A stretch of 63,837 nt of DNA, filler included, from Reticulomyxa filosa (lineage: Eukaryota > Protista > Foraminifera): assembly GCA_000512085.1 (NCBI GenBank). It is 25 parts of 25 records of this genome, joined end to end, with 100 filler letters (N's around TTAATTAATTAA, not from the genome) between each part and the next. Parts side by side here need not be neighbours in the genome. Positions count along the whole stretch, not along the records: positions 11,649 to 15,844 come from ASPP01002413.1; positions 15,945 to 20,511 come from ASPP01046253.1; positions 20,612 to 23,103 come from ASPP01024227.1; positions 23,204 to 25,480 come from ASPP01006945.1; positions 25,581 to 28,343 come from ASPP01028030.1; 20 more parts are not named here. One strand, written 5' to 3'. The stretch's first letter is position 1. Every line of letters starts with the position of its first letter. Made by a program: the position numbers and the translations under genes. Positions 14,790 to 27,379 of the stretch are shown one piece after another. Below the pieces are notes generated by a model. It was not told where the DNA came from, searched no databases, and worked only from the letters and a program-made list of their open reading frames with translations.

Positions 14790-15180
14790 ACTGTGCGAAA
14801 TTTTCACGATACCATTATTATAACAATCGCCGTAATGTCATTTGTTCTTCATCAAATGACAAAACCATTCATTTTTGGGATATTAAAGAAAATAAACAAT
14901 TACAGATATTCAATGGGCACACAAAAGGTGTTTGCAGCATTGAATTTTCGTCATTTAATGGTGCTCGATATTTGTGTTCTGGATCTCGTGACAAAACCAT
15001 TCGTTTATGGGATATTGAAACATCCAAATCATTACATGTGTTCAATGGGCATATAGACATAATGGTTGTGTGAATAGTGTAAAATATGAATCAAATGAAT
15101 TAGGAATTAATGGTGCAAATACAATATTATCTGGATCAGAAGATAAAAGTGTTCGCTTGTGGGATATTCGATGTATTGGA
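14790..15180 (+). pseudogene. WD40-repeat family fragment
   Basis: CSSSNDKTIHFWDI..FNGHTKGVCSIEFS..CSGSRDKTIRLWDIE..ILSGSEDKSVRLWDIR with a frameshift and no clean start. Confidence 0.75.
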
Positions 15181-15944
15181 CATATATGTCATTGTTTACA
15201 AAGAACTAAAAATAAAAAAATAGTTAAATAGCACATTTCCTCAAAACAGTATCGTGTCGATGACAGCGTGAACGCCTCTTTATCGTTCTGTTCAAACAGA
15301 TGGCACAAACAAAGTCATGCATAAATGAAAAAAACAAATTTCAACGATTTGCATTAATTAAACAAAAAAAAGATAGTTACTTCAATGGATTTGTTGTGAC
15401 CTAATAAGTTTATTCCAACTGTCTTTGGTGTGTGGTGATATCACAACAACACTCATCTTTCGAAAGCTTCCACCATTGATTAATGTCATCGGCTATCAAA
15501 GGGTGTTCAAATGCAATTTGTAAGAGGTTGCTATCTTTACCTTGTCTCGACTGAATCCACTGAAAAATTGGACAGCATATAGGAATCCAATTGCAATATT
15601 ACTTTATCGTCTCCAGTAATCCTTCGATTACAATGCATGTTATTATTTAAAAAATTGCATGCAAAGATTAAGCAAATCAGCTATCATGGCTTTAGATGGC
15701 TTGGCCATTTTATCTTTCAAGTCGCTCAGACTCTTGCTGGTGATCATGGACACTGCTTTATCGCCGAAATTGATCATTTTGACATAGTGGCTTTGTGATA
15801 GAAGGATGCCTCCATTGTTGTCGTCATTGTTGTTCAAATTCAGCNNNNNNNNNNNNNNNNNNNNNNNNNNNNNNNNNNNNNNNNNNNNTTAATTAATTAA
15901 NNNNNNNNNNNNNNNNNNNNNNNNNNNNNNNNNNNNNNNNNNNN

Positions 15945-18295
15945 ATGATTTGTCTATGTATGTATGTGCTCTCTTTCTTACATGTTGTGCCGTCACTGAA
16001 TTGAGAGCGTCCAATTTTGGAGCGATTTTATCGAATATCGCTTTAATGCCTGCTGACTCCAATTCAAGCGACTTCAAATCTTTGACAATGTCAATTGCGG
16101 CGCAAAACGACTTTTCATCCATAATTTCGCTTATCAGATGATCCATGATGACCGCAGTATAGTTTTTCGATTTAAACAGAGTCTTTTCTTCAATGATGGC
16201 AGCCTTGTCGAATGTAAGGATATTTTTCTCCGCTGTATTTCGGTCGTGAGAATAGATTCTGCAAAATGCGTTGCTGACCGGCACTTGGAAATCGCCCCAG
16301 TATAGCCAAGGAATATCTGCTCTTACTAATTGCAACGGAAAGCTTGTATCTGATTTTTTTTGTTGTTTGTTGTATATTTTTTTCTGTTATTTATTTTTGA
16401 GGCACTCCATTTTTCATACTATATACATACATATATATATATATGTATATGTATACGTTAGATAAGAGAGAATGGATTGAAGAGAAAATTACAAATAACC
16501 TTCAACAGTGTTTGGAAAAGAGACAGTACGAGTACTTGCTTTGGTACACCCTGGACAACAGAGATAGATGCGTAAACGCTTGATTTTAAGAGCGTTTTGT
16601 TGCAACACAACGTAATGAAGGTTATTGAAAGAGTCTGATCTGGTTGATGGCGGAACCATCACGATTAGTCTCAATTCGGATTGCAACAGCTCCCAATCTT
16701 CATCCTCCTCGCTTTTTTCATGAAAGCGCTTAGTGAAATCCTGCAGTATGCTGATGATGTGGAGGGTATTTTGAACATTTTCATGAGTGACGGATGACGA
16801 CATGGCGTCGGTATTGGCGAAGCTGGTGGCTACCCGATCGATAAGTGCCGATGATACCTTACACTTTTCGAGAATGCACTCGTAGATTACACACTTAATT
16901 ACTTTCAATATGATCTGCAGCTTCAGCCATCTCAGTTTGTTTTTGTTTTCACTATCTTGGGAGTACTCGACGCAGCGATTGGCCAAGTTGGATATGTCTT
17001 CATCTCTCCATTTTGCCCAATCCATATTCTCTGTTATCGTCACACAAAACACACATATTTTGCAATGTTTGTTTCGACGAAAAAAAGACAAATCAACAGT
17101 CTTTTTTTTTTTTTTTTTAAATCCACGATCCAAACCTTTGGAAGGATTATGGAGCCAATCCAGAATTTGAAATGCTTCTTTTTCTTTATTCTGCACTGAA
17201 GTGGTAGGTTCGATCTCTCCAATTTTTTTTCTGTATGTTTTTGTTTGTTGTTAAAAAAAAAAAAGAACATTAGGGATTAGCGTACAGTTATCGCAATTTC
17301 AAAGCTCATATATTTATATTCATTTGTTTTGTTAACAAAAAAAGAAAGACAGAACGAAGGAGCTCTCTCAATGACTTTTATATCGACGGCTTTCCACTCA
17401 TCATTCACAAACTTGCAGCGAAACTCGAGCTTGTCCCCCACTCTCAGTTTTTCCTTTTTTTCGTCATCGAGAAGGATCAGTTTAGTGGGTTGTTGCTTTT
17501 CATCATACACACATACATATATATGGATACAAATATGATACTACAAAAATATATGTGCCATTGCCTTGTACTTTTTTTTTAAAAAAAAAAAAAGTGTGCA
17601 AAGTACGCGTACTTGTTTTGAATAGTGCAATTGTACCAACAAAAATCGAACGCGGGATTGATCCTCTTGACACACTTCACTTTGATAAAGCAAAGGAAAT
17701 TTGATTTCACTGATAATTAAATCGGATTTGCTTGCATTTGCTTCATATACCCAATAGATTTCATCTCCACCTCTTAAATTTAATTTCTTCCATCTTTCAT
17801 CACTCACGTCAATGGCCACTGCCATTTTGCCCTTTTTTTTTTTTTTTGCAATTAGCTACGATGTTTGGCTCTTTTTTTTTTTTTTAAGGCAGCATACCAC
17901 CAAAACCGTAGCTTCGTTACCTTCGACACTTAAAATCTTTGTGTATTCATGTCTGTGCCAATAATATCAGTCAGCGATATACAAAACAAAAACAAGACAA
18001 AAAAAATTGACAGATACATTTGATTTGGGCATGTGGAAGGGATATTCGATGTGTTTTTACGCATTTCTTCTATCTTTTTCAACACTTTCGATTTTGAAAT
18101 TGGAGCCACCTTTACATGCTCAAATAACTCTGTCCACTGTTCTGACTCCATGTATATCATATCATCGCGCTCAGTTACACCTAATTGATATAAGTAAGCA
18201 GCAATGTTCAAAGCGTCTTCAGATTTTATTTTGAGAACATCTTTCAAATGTGCATAAAGTTCTTGTTTGGGGTCTTGGTCTTTACTTTCAGCCAT
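15945..18295 (-). CDS. Multi-exon hypothetical protein with N-terminal SAM-like domain and OB/cold-shock-like segments, 3' partial
   Basis: ATG 18295; IAAYLYQLGVTERDDMIYMESEQWTELFEHVKVAPISKSKVLKKIEE (SAM-like); LRGGDEIYWVY and LRVGDKLEFRC..WKAVDIKVI (CSD-like). Confidence 0.55.
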
Positions 18296-18749
18296 GATTA
18301 CGGTTAGCGAAGAATTAGTTCAGACAAAAGAGCAAGGCGCACCTTGAAATTTGTTGTAATGTTATACCATTTAAACACCGAGTGAAGTTGCAAGGTTTCA
18401 AAAGTAAAGATTTGTTTTTTTTAGCTTTGTTGCAAAAAGAGTATCTGAAAATGTTTGGTGATTTAAGAAAGTCACAATATTATGATTGAATACCAATAAA
18501 ATTGGCACCTAAATATTGATTTTTTCCCATGAAAAATCACATTTAATTAAATGTTTTAAAAATATCTACAAATCATGAACGATAAGAGTGGTCCAAAGAT
18601 TAATTGTATTGTTATGCTGCGTTTGGTTATAGAACAGGTTACCAAATGTGAAGCGTTCCTTCATTCATTTGATTTTGCTTTAATATGAGTTGATTTTACG
18701 CTTTTCTCTTTTTTCCATTAATGATATGGATATGCTTGTTGTCTTCATT

Positions 18750-19260
18750 TGATATTCCAAAACAATCATACAATGGAATAGGCCAAGAATGCTCAAATGT
18801 AATCCATAAATTATTTTCATTGAATATTTGTGCCAATAATTAAGAAGGACGATTTAAATATTACCATTACATCCACCAAAGAACAAGATGGCATCATTGA
18901 TACATATATATGCATAATGATATAAAGTTGCAATATGGTATTCATGAAATTGAAAAGCGTTGTTATTTTCACCATACCCAATTGATCCTATATTTTTATA
19001 AGATAAGTGATAAATAACAAATGATTGTTACTCCCACTAATCACTGCACACACTCTACAATAAGGGTGGTTATTTTTTGTAATAACAATGCTGTTATTGC
19101 CTGTAAAAGGGACCCATTGATTACAATTGTTTGACTTTTTGGATTCATTGATTTCTTTGATTTTTTTGTTAATTTACTCATTTCATTATCATTACTCCAG
19201 ACACTTACATATTTTATCATCAATGTATGTGCATATTCTTCACCAAAAGATAATAAAGTA
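18750..19260 (-). pseudogene. Kelch-like repeat family relic
   Basis: MMIKYVSVWSNDNEM..; LYHYAYICINDAILFFGGCNGN; broken frames. Confidence 0.5.
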
Positions 19261-19696
19261 ATTTCATTACTGTCTTTTTTGTTATTATCACCAGTTTCAC
19301 TACACAGCGCCTATCTAATTTCACATTATACAGACGCTTGTAGATAAACCTGTACTCTTTTGAGTGTATACAAGAACAATAAGCTCTTTAAAAAAAACCT
19401 CCACAAATGACGATTGTGTAGCATACATTGTGTTCGGAAAGTGGAACGAGCAATTCATTCAAACTCTGAGAGATCATATCAAAAGTGACTAAGTACCTAA
19501 AAGGCAATTAAAATAAACTTGCGATCGCTTTTAAAAAAGGACTTTTGTTGTGACGGTAAAACTGTGCAAGCAAGAAACTTAAAATTGTTGCTTTAGATCC
19601 TCTAGACGATCACAGAAACATTTTAAACAAATCTTTAAGTTGACCTACCGGAGTCAAGTTTTTCTTTCTACGTCCCTCTAATCCTAAAATTCAATA

Positions 19697-20414
19697 ATGT
19701 CTACAGAAGAGAAAAAAGAAGAATTAGAATCCACCGAAACAAAAGCAGAAGAAGAGAAAGTGCTTGATAATGATGATGATGATAATGACGGTGGAGATGA
19801 CGAGATTGTACTGAAAGGAATGGAACAAGACAACAAAGAGGGAAAGTCTTTCCCGATAAAAAAAAAATATTGCGTGCTTTCCACCTTTGTGATGACTTTT
19901 TTGAAAGGTAACACAGGAGAGAGAGAGAGAGAGAGAAAAAAAAAAAAAAAAAGGAAAATGTAGCCATAAAGGAAATGTCCACAAAGAAAATGATTGCCAA
20001 GGATAAAACAAAAAGTAAACATTATAACGTGTGCCGCGAACGTATAGATGACCCAGCTGCAAAGGAAATTGAAGTGCGTGAAATTGGTAGTGATACCTTA
20101 GAAAACATTGTCAAATATTTAAACGAGCACAAAGGTGAGGAACCCCCTCCGTTGCCTTGTCCAGTTCGATCAACAGAAATGTCACAAGTCGTGTCAGTAA
20201 AATGGGATGCCGATTTCATAGATGCTTTTGATAAAAAAGCCGTTTTTGAAATTATTCTTGTAATATTTGTTTGTTTGTTTTTATCTGTACATTGCAATTG
20301 TTGAAATCTGACTCCATTTTTGTTATTATTGTTGTACATGTAATTGGGTTGAATGGCGGCGATGGTGTAAATGATGCATGTGAACTGGCTCCATTAAGGG
20401 CGCGAAGTACATGG
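19697..20414 (+). CDS. SKP1: SKP1-like SCF adaptor; exons 19697-19907, 20048-20259, ~20399-20414; 3' partial
   Basis: EIEVREIGSDTLENIVKYLNEHKG..PCPVRS..WDADFIDAFDKKAVFEIIL then GAKYM (cf. AANYL); in-phase GT-AG introns. Confidence 0.85.
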
Positions 20415-20611
20415 GTATTTTTTCTTTCTTTCTTTCTTTCTTTCTAAATAGGCAATCATACATGCCATTTTTTTTTTTTTTTTTTTCTTAAAAAAAAAAA
20501 AAAAAAAAAAANNNNNNNNNNNNNNNNNNNNNNNNNNNNNNNNNNNNNNNNNNNNTTAATTAATTAANNNNNNNNNNNNNNNNNNNNNNNNNNNNNNNNN
20601 NNNNNNNNNNN

Positions 20612-21530
20612 TTGTTTCATCTGACTATCTCAGAAAACGAGGAAGTAGCATTACATGAGTTACATGCTAGCTTTTCACTCGCTCAAAGACTTGCTTGTGT
20701 CGTAATGGAGACAGGGGAAATCGGAAAACCCGTGCATGCCAAAAAAGACTTGTAGGAGTTTAAATGAGGAGACCCAAATCAAAGATAGGGCTTCATATGG
20801 AGAGTATTTTGATTGGATTAATGAAAAGACCTGGCACTCATTTCATTCCATTTATCACTCCACAAACACGTACCGACACTTTGAAGCATCTATCGTGGAG
20901 CTGAACTACCAGATTCAAAGCAACAACATTCCCAGCGGAATGACCTGTTTAGTTTTCACTGACTGAAGAGAGATTTTTTGTTTTTTGATTGGGTGACATA
21001 AATGTGTGATGTCAGAAATGAGGTTACATCTCAAAGAAATTATTTTGTTATTAACTTTAATAATTTTTGTATGTGATATCAAATAGCAGATCAGTGGTGG
21101 AGCACATGTGTCGAAATAAAGATCTGACACACTTCACGACGACGACAATAATGATGAAATCTAGAGACGATCCAGTGTTGGTCCTCCGTTGTCTGCGTGG
21201 TCTGGGATACAGCTTGAACACTTGGTCGTGGCTTCGCGTGTTGTATTCGAACGGCAAGGTGAAGTGGATCAAGAACAATATCTTCCCTTTGTTCCCGTTT
21301 TCAAAAGAGGAAGGACAATGCAATCTCGACAAGGAGGATGATGGCCAACAAACGTATGATGATTACATTTAATCTGGCACTTCTGCATCCTTTGTATTTC
21401 GGTAATGAGATCGTGGTTGTTTTGCTCTTGTTGTACATCCACATATCAAAGATCCCAACTCTGTTCGATGTACATCCATTTCTTGGATATAACAAGCAAA
21501 GTTGGAGTCAGTTGTCACATTGTTGATCAG
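20612..21530 (+). repeat. Copy of an unidentified multicopy gene/element family, disrupted; homologous to 62838-63590
   Basis: Shared TWHSFHSIYHST.TYRHFEAS..NYQIQSNNIPSGM.CLVF and VLVLRCLR.LGY.LNTWSWL.VLY.NGKVKWIKNNIFPLFPFSKEEGQC with high nucleotide similarity. Confidence 0.85.
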
Positions 21531-22209
21531 TCATTGAGATAATTCCAATTGCGAGAAATCAAGTCATTGGCTCTACTGGTTGCAAATAATATTTATGTCT
21601 CATATCACTTTTTCTCCTATTGTGTGTTTGATGCAAGCGAGCTTGCTTTGATACAGTAGCAACGACAAAAAGTTTCAAAACCCTTTTTTTTATCTTCAGT
21701 GAAAAGCGTAATATATTACTAATAAATAGAAAAAACAAAAGAAAAATGTTAAAGTTGCAATTTTCGAATATGTTGACTTTTTGAATGATAACTCGAAAAA
21801 AAGTGAACGATTTTTGGTAATTAACAGTATTTCTCTATTGGATTTCAAAAATTTTTAGACAACTCACTTACTTTGGCTATTTTTTTTGTGAAATAAAATG
21901 TAATGCATTGACAGTTGATCAAGATATTACAATTCCTTGAATAAAATTAGATACGTTGCTTGGTTTTTAAGGGGAACCTTTGAGTAGTGTCAAAAAAAAA
22001 GGAAAAAAATGGAATATTTTCCAGGCCAAGTAGTCAAGTGCCATTCTTCAGGTAGAATCTTTTTCTTCCTTTTTTTTTTATTCTTCTTTTTTACTTTCCA
22101 CAGATGGAATCTTGCATTAAAGTTAGGAGAGACAAAAAAAAAAAAACAGATATATAACATATTTACGTAGCAAATTGGTTTTTTTTTTTGTATGTGTTAA
22201 AAAAAAAAA

Positions 22210-23103
22210 AGGAATAGGAATAATCCAAGATAAGGGAGAAGAAGATGGTGAATCAGTATATATGGCCGATATTTTGGACATGAACAATCTGACAATAAGA
22301 CAGGATCACTTGACAATGGAAAACATCCAACATGTGTTATTGAACAAAGAGCTGTGGACTTACCTGCTCTATCTACTCCACAAGTTGCAACACTATCAAG
22401 CAAAGTATCTATCATTAAAAGAATACGTCCAGCATTGTTCAGCACATTATATCTCCCCTCAATTTCCAATTCCGCCGGTATCCGCATACAATGACAATGG
22501 CAATGACAATGGCAATAATAACAATAATAATAACAATAACAATACGTATTTATCATCTCATTTGAATCAAGTGATAGGAACAAGAATAAAGTTGAAGAAT
22601 AATCCAAGTAATGAAACATTGGCAACAGCGCACACAGTAGTGATGGACTTACCATCGAATCGACAAGGTCGACCACGAATAACAGAAGCAACAGCAGCAA
22701 CAACGGCAACAACGGCAACAACAACAACAACAATGACAGCGACGACGGTAGCAACGACTCCAGGCTTGCAAAACAAGCAGAGCAATAACACAGCGACAAG
22801 CCAAAGTGCATCCATCGCAAACCGCCATGGCGAAATTGTCCATACCCCGAGTGGTATGCGTCCTCCTTTTTTTACCTCAAGTTGGAGCATTACTCCGCAC
22901 ACTCCCATTTCTCTTCTCACGCAAGACGAACAACACAATCGAAACCAGCGTTTGTATGCTCGACAGCAATCCTCTCCCACGGCCTTGTCGCAGCCACAGC
23001 CGACTTCCTCGTTTGTGTTGCCATTGCCTCTGTCGTCACGACAAAAGCAGAGAAAGACAACCACTGCAATCACAACTGCAACTACCAATACAATTGCAAC
23101 TGT
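22210..23103 (+). CDS. Hypothetical protein with Asn/Thr low-complexity tracts, partial
   Basis: Long open frame after poly-T/A intron-like sequence; possible small upstream exons from an ATG near 22009. Confidence 0.6.
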
Positions 23104-23281
23104 NNNNNNNNNNNNNNNNNNNNNNNNNNNNNNNNNNNNNNNNNNNNTTAATTAATTAANNNNNNNNNNNNNNNNNNNNNNNNNNNNNNNNNNNNNNNNN
23201 NNNTTTTTTTTTTTTTGAATTTTTTTTATTATTATTTAAAAAAAAAAAAAATGGTTGTTCTTTGCGCTGCGGGGATAATAG

Positions 23282-24217
23282 ACGAGTGATAAAGAGGACG
23301 AAAGCTCTAGCGCACGACGAGATGATGCCTTGAAAAAAGGCCAGGATTTGAAAAAATATATGCAAGCAGAAAATGTGAGGAAATATATTAATCTTTTTTT
23401 TTTGCTACGTATTGAGTCTTGTGAACATAATTTTTTTGTTTATTTTGGGGTACATAGATATGGGACGTTGATTTGTTCATTGAATTGGTTGAAGTTGGTG
23501 TGACTGATGAAAGTGGCATTGCTTCTCTTGGTCAGAACGATTTTGATGAAGTTTGGTACTTGTTTTGTTTTTCTTTTTTTGGAAGGAGGATCTTCACACA
23601 TATTATTTATTGACAGAGCTAGAACATAAAGCATCGTTTTATTTACTTATTTATTTTTTTTTGAAAAAAGGTATGTCGCAAGACAAGAGTTATACGTCAG
23701 GCACACAACAACTCAGTATCCTACAATGCCAACTTGGAGAAACTCTTGACCAAATTTGAAAAGATATGGAGGACAGCAACTGGAATCAAAGTCACCAACA
23801 TTAAACCAGGCTCGAAAGCGGTAATTTTTGTTTTTGTTTTTTATGAGGTGGCATACTGTCAATTACTTGCTTCATCTTTTCCATTGGTTCCAACAGGCAC
23901 ATAGTCCTAGATCGGATGACGAAGCGAGCCCAACAACTGGCAGTGCGACTAATAACTTTAAAAAATGGATGCAAAAAGAAAATATCTTTGAAAAAGAGCT
24001 GTTTGATGAGCTTGTCAAACAAGGTATTACAAAAGAAGAAGACTTAAAGTCAGTCACTCAGACACAATTTGATGAAATTGTTCGCAAAGTGCGAGTTGAA
24101 AAATGGGCTGAATTGAAAGATGACACCGCACGTACAAGATTAGACAAAAAACTTGTTGACTTTGAAAAGATTTGGAGAAAACTGTCTGGCATCAAACAAA
24201 CTGCTCAAAGGCATTGA
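23282..24217 (+). CDS. Tandem SAM-like repeat protein; exons 23282-23374, 23458-23550, 23671-23820, 23897-24217; 5' partial
   Basis: Phase-0 GT-AG introns give two ~90-aa repeats: LKKYMQAENIWDVDLFIELVEVGVTDESGIASLGQNDFDEVCRKTRV..LEKLLTKFEKIWRTATGIK and FKKWMQKENIFEKELFDELVKQGITKEEDLKSVTQTQFDEIVRKVRV..LDKKLVDFEKIWRKLSGIK. Confidence 0.75.
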
Positions 24218-24535
24218 GGAAATTTTCTTGTTAGTAATGTTTTCATAAGTTGGCTGCCAATATGCATTGTAAAGAGTCGTGTGTTTCTTTTTTATGTTTT
24301 TTCCCTTTATCTTTCACGTTGTGAATCAGACAGGGTCAGTTGCAATTTTTTTAAAACAAGAATGCTTTTGGTGAACAAATTTGCCATAATTTTTTTAGCT
24401 TGCAATTGGTTGAAATAATATCGTGTACAAAAGAGATATTAAAAAACAAATATAATGATTAAAATGGAACTGGAGTAATATAAAAAAACACAAAGGAATT
24501 TACAATAATATTACACCAAATCGATTTACACGTAA

Positions 24536-25420
24536 CTACGTCAACTCTTTGGCAACTAGATGAGGGTATTTCAAGCGACGCGCCATTTCAAGGGGAGTTT
24601 CTTTCACCTTTGATGTTGACACACCAAAACCATAAATGGTGAAAGTGTCCTTGTCAAAAACAGCAGAGAAAGGTAGTGACATACCAGCATTTCGTTTTTC
24701 ATACGCAACAGTTGGCCCCACAGATCTTCTCCCATATGTTCCCGTAAGCATTTTAAACGATTCAATATGTTATATTGTTTGTTCATGACAGTCAAATGTA
24801 CGACATTGCAGCCCTTTGTCCTATTTGTATTTTGCTATCCAAGCACAAGTTGTGTGCGTAATAGAAATAAAGCAGTCATCAAATAAATAAAAAATGAGAC
24901 AAAACATCAGCAGTCATTTTCCAAAAGTTTTCATCGACTTGTTTTGGGATTAGCAAAGAAATAACATTGTCGTCGAGTTCCGAATAATAAGTTGCACTCA
25001 TGAGAGGGGTATATCCAAACTGTCAAAAAACATACATATCTGAAAAAAAACATATAAAAAAGTATAACGAAAAATTAACTGCATCAGTGGTCGTAAGCAT
25101 TTTTTCCCATGACTCGGTGGGTATATATTCATTCAATAACTTTAATCGTTGCCATACGTTTGGTAAGGCACGATAAAACACCAAATGCAAGAGTGTGCCT
25201 TGTCTCTTTATTGTGTGATAGCATCAACAATTTTTATCACAAAAAAAAAAAAACAAAAAAGAAGCAAAGTGAGTATTACAAAACGTTGTTCGAATTGCAT
25301 TTCATTTCCCAAAACGTGGAATTTTTTTGATGATTTTCAGGAATGAGCAATTCCAGCATGTTTTTGTTCAAATTTGAATGATTTGAAACAGCACTCATTA
25401 AAGGTGTCATTCCGCTCTAG
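24536..25420 (-). CDS. Ankyrin-like repeat protein C-terminal exons, paralogous to the array at 56200-58200
   Basis: GMTPLMSAVSNHSNLNKNMLELLIPE..FW; GTLLHLVFYRALPNVWQRLKLL; GYTPLMSATYYSELDDNVISLLIPK..FWK; GCNVVHLTVMNKQYNILNRLKCL; ETPLEMARRLKYPHLVAKELT*. Confidence 0.7.
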
Positions 25421-26192
25421 TGGCCACACACCATATACATATATACATACATGTACATATATACACATATGTACATATATNNNNNNNNNNNNNNNNNNNN
25501 NNNNNNNNNNNNNNNNNNNNNNNNTTAATTAATTAANNNNNNNNNNNNNNNNNNNNNNNNNNNNNNNNNNNNNNNNNNNNTCACATTTAACTCATTCAAA
25601 TTGGAAGTTGTACAAATCCCTTCTTGATGATATTTTGTATATTAAAAAGGAGAAAATAAAATACATAGAGATTTATGTGACGTGTTGTCTGTTAGCCAAA
25701 TTAAGACGTCCTTTGTCATTTCAACATTTTGCCGAAACCAGTTCAATGTATCTGAAATAATCTCTTCATTTATCTTGGGGAACGTTTGCTGAAGTTGTGC
25801 GAGCATGATAATGAATTTAACTGCAAAACAAACCCTTTTTTTTTTTGCAGATTCAGAAACTTGGCTTAGAAACCTTACAATAAAAAAATAATTATGCTAT
25901 TTAATCCTACAACAACATTAGCAAGGAAATTAGCAATTATTTATTTTCAATTGTCAGATATATGATAATACTTACTTGAAAAAAATAATTTTTATCAAAA
26001 CACTGTTCAAAGTCTAAGTTTTCCTTTCTATTATTCTTTGTCTTGGAATAATTGACATTACCTTTTACTTTGTTTGCTTTGATTACTATGTTTTTGTTTA
26101 AAGAAAAAAGGAAACTCAACAAAATCAAAGTTCAATTTTACAGAAACTCGATATCAAGTTATCTTTCTTTTAAAAACTAAAAAGGTGAAGAA

Positions 26193-27379
26193 ATGAAAAC
26201 CACAACCAAAGAAAGAAAGAAACAACTAGTACAATTGGTAAGTATTACAACACATATCAACATTTCATAAAGACATTTTCTTTGTTATCAGAAATGTTTT
26301 ATTAACAGTCAGAAGATATAGTGAAAAGAATAATTAAAAATTGGATTCGAATTTTGAATATTAAATTAGGATGGATTGATGATTTTGATAAGATGGTCGT
26401 TAAATATGTTAAGTAAAAAAAAAAAGAAAAATTATATATTTTAAATCTATTATTAATTATTGATTGTATACATATAATATATACATATATATAGACTAAA
26501 TATTTTCAATTATCAAATATTTTAGAAGGACATAGTGCTGTCATAAATAGTGTAAAATTTTCATTAGATGATCATAAAATTGTATCAACATCAAGTGATG
26601 ATACTGTTAGAATATGGGATGTTATATCAGGAAAACAAATTAAAATTTTAGAAGGACATTCAAATTTAGTTTATGCGGCAGTATTTTCACCAAATGGATA
26701 TAATGTTTTATCTTGTTCATCTGATAGAACAATTCGATTATGGGATATTAAATTAGGAACTATATTAAAGACATTAGAAAATCATACAAATTCTGTATGG
26801 GATATAAATTTTTCTTCAGATGGTACATATGTAATATCTGGTTCATTTGATAATACAATTAGATTATGGGATATAAATTCTGGACAAGAAATTAAAAGAT
26901 TAATTGGTCATTCTGGTGGTGTACGAAATGTACAATTTTCACCAGATTGTAAATTAATTGTATCATCATCTAGTGATACAACAATTTGTTTATGGGATAT
27001 AAAATTAGGTAAAATATTAAAACAATTTAAAGGGCATTCTGATTATGTTATGCATGCAAAATTTTCTCCAGATGGTAAATATATTGTATCATGTTCTTTA
27101 GATAAAACTATTCGAATATGGGATATATTCACAGGAAAAGAAATTAAATTATTACAAGGACATTCAAGAGGTGTTAGAGATGTACAATATTTTCCAGATG
27201 GTCAAACCATTTTATCATGTTCAAATGATTGTACTATTCGTTTATGGAATGTTAGATCAGGAACTGAAATACAAAGATTAGAAGGACATTCTGACCTTGT
27301 TACAGGAATAGATATTTCATCTGATGGTAATACAATAGTATCATCATCTAATGATTTTACAATTCGAATTTGGGAATAA
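26193..27379 (+). CDS. Seven-bladed WD40-repeat protein; exons 26193-26237, 26309-26407, 26495-27379
   Basis: Three in-phase exons; seven GH..V..v.FS.DG..ivS.S.D.TIRlWD repeats; N-terminal IIKNWIRILNIKLGWIDDFDKMVVKY. Confidence 0.9.

Noticed and set aside
15300-15844. Continuation of the SAM/OB gene across the linker
   Set aside because: Different contig, contains stops, and no evidence of linkage.
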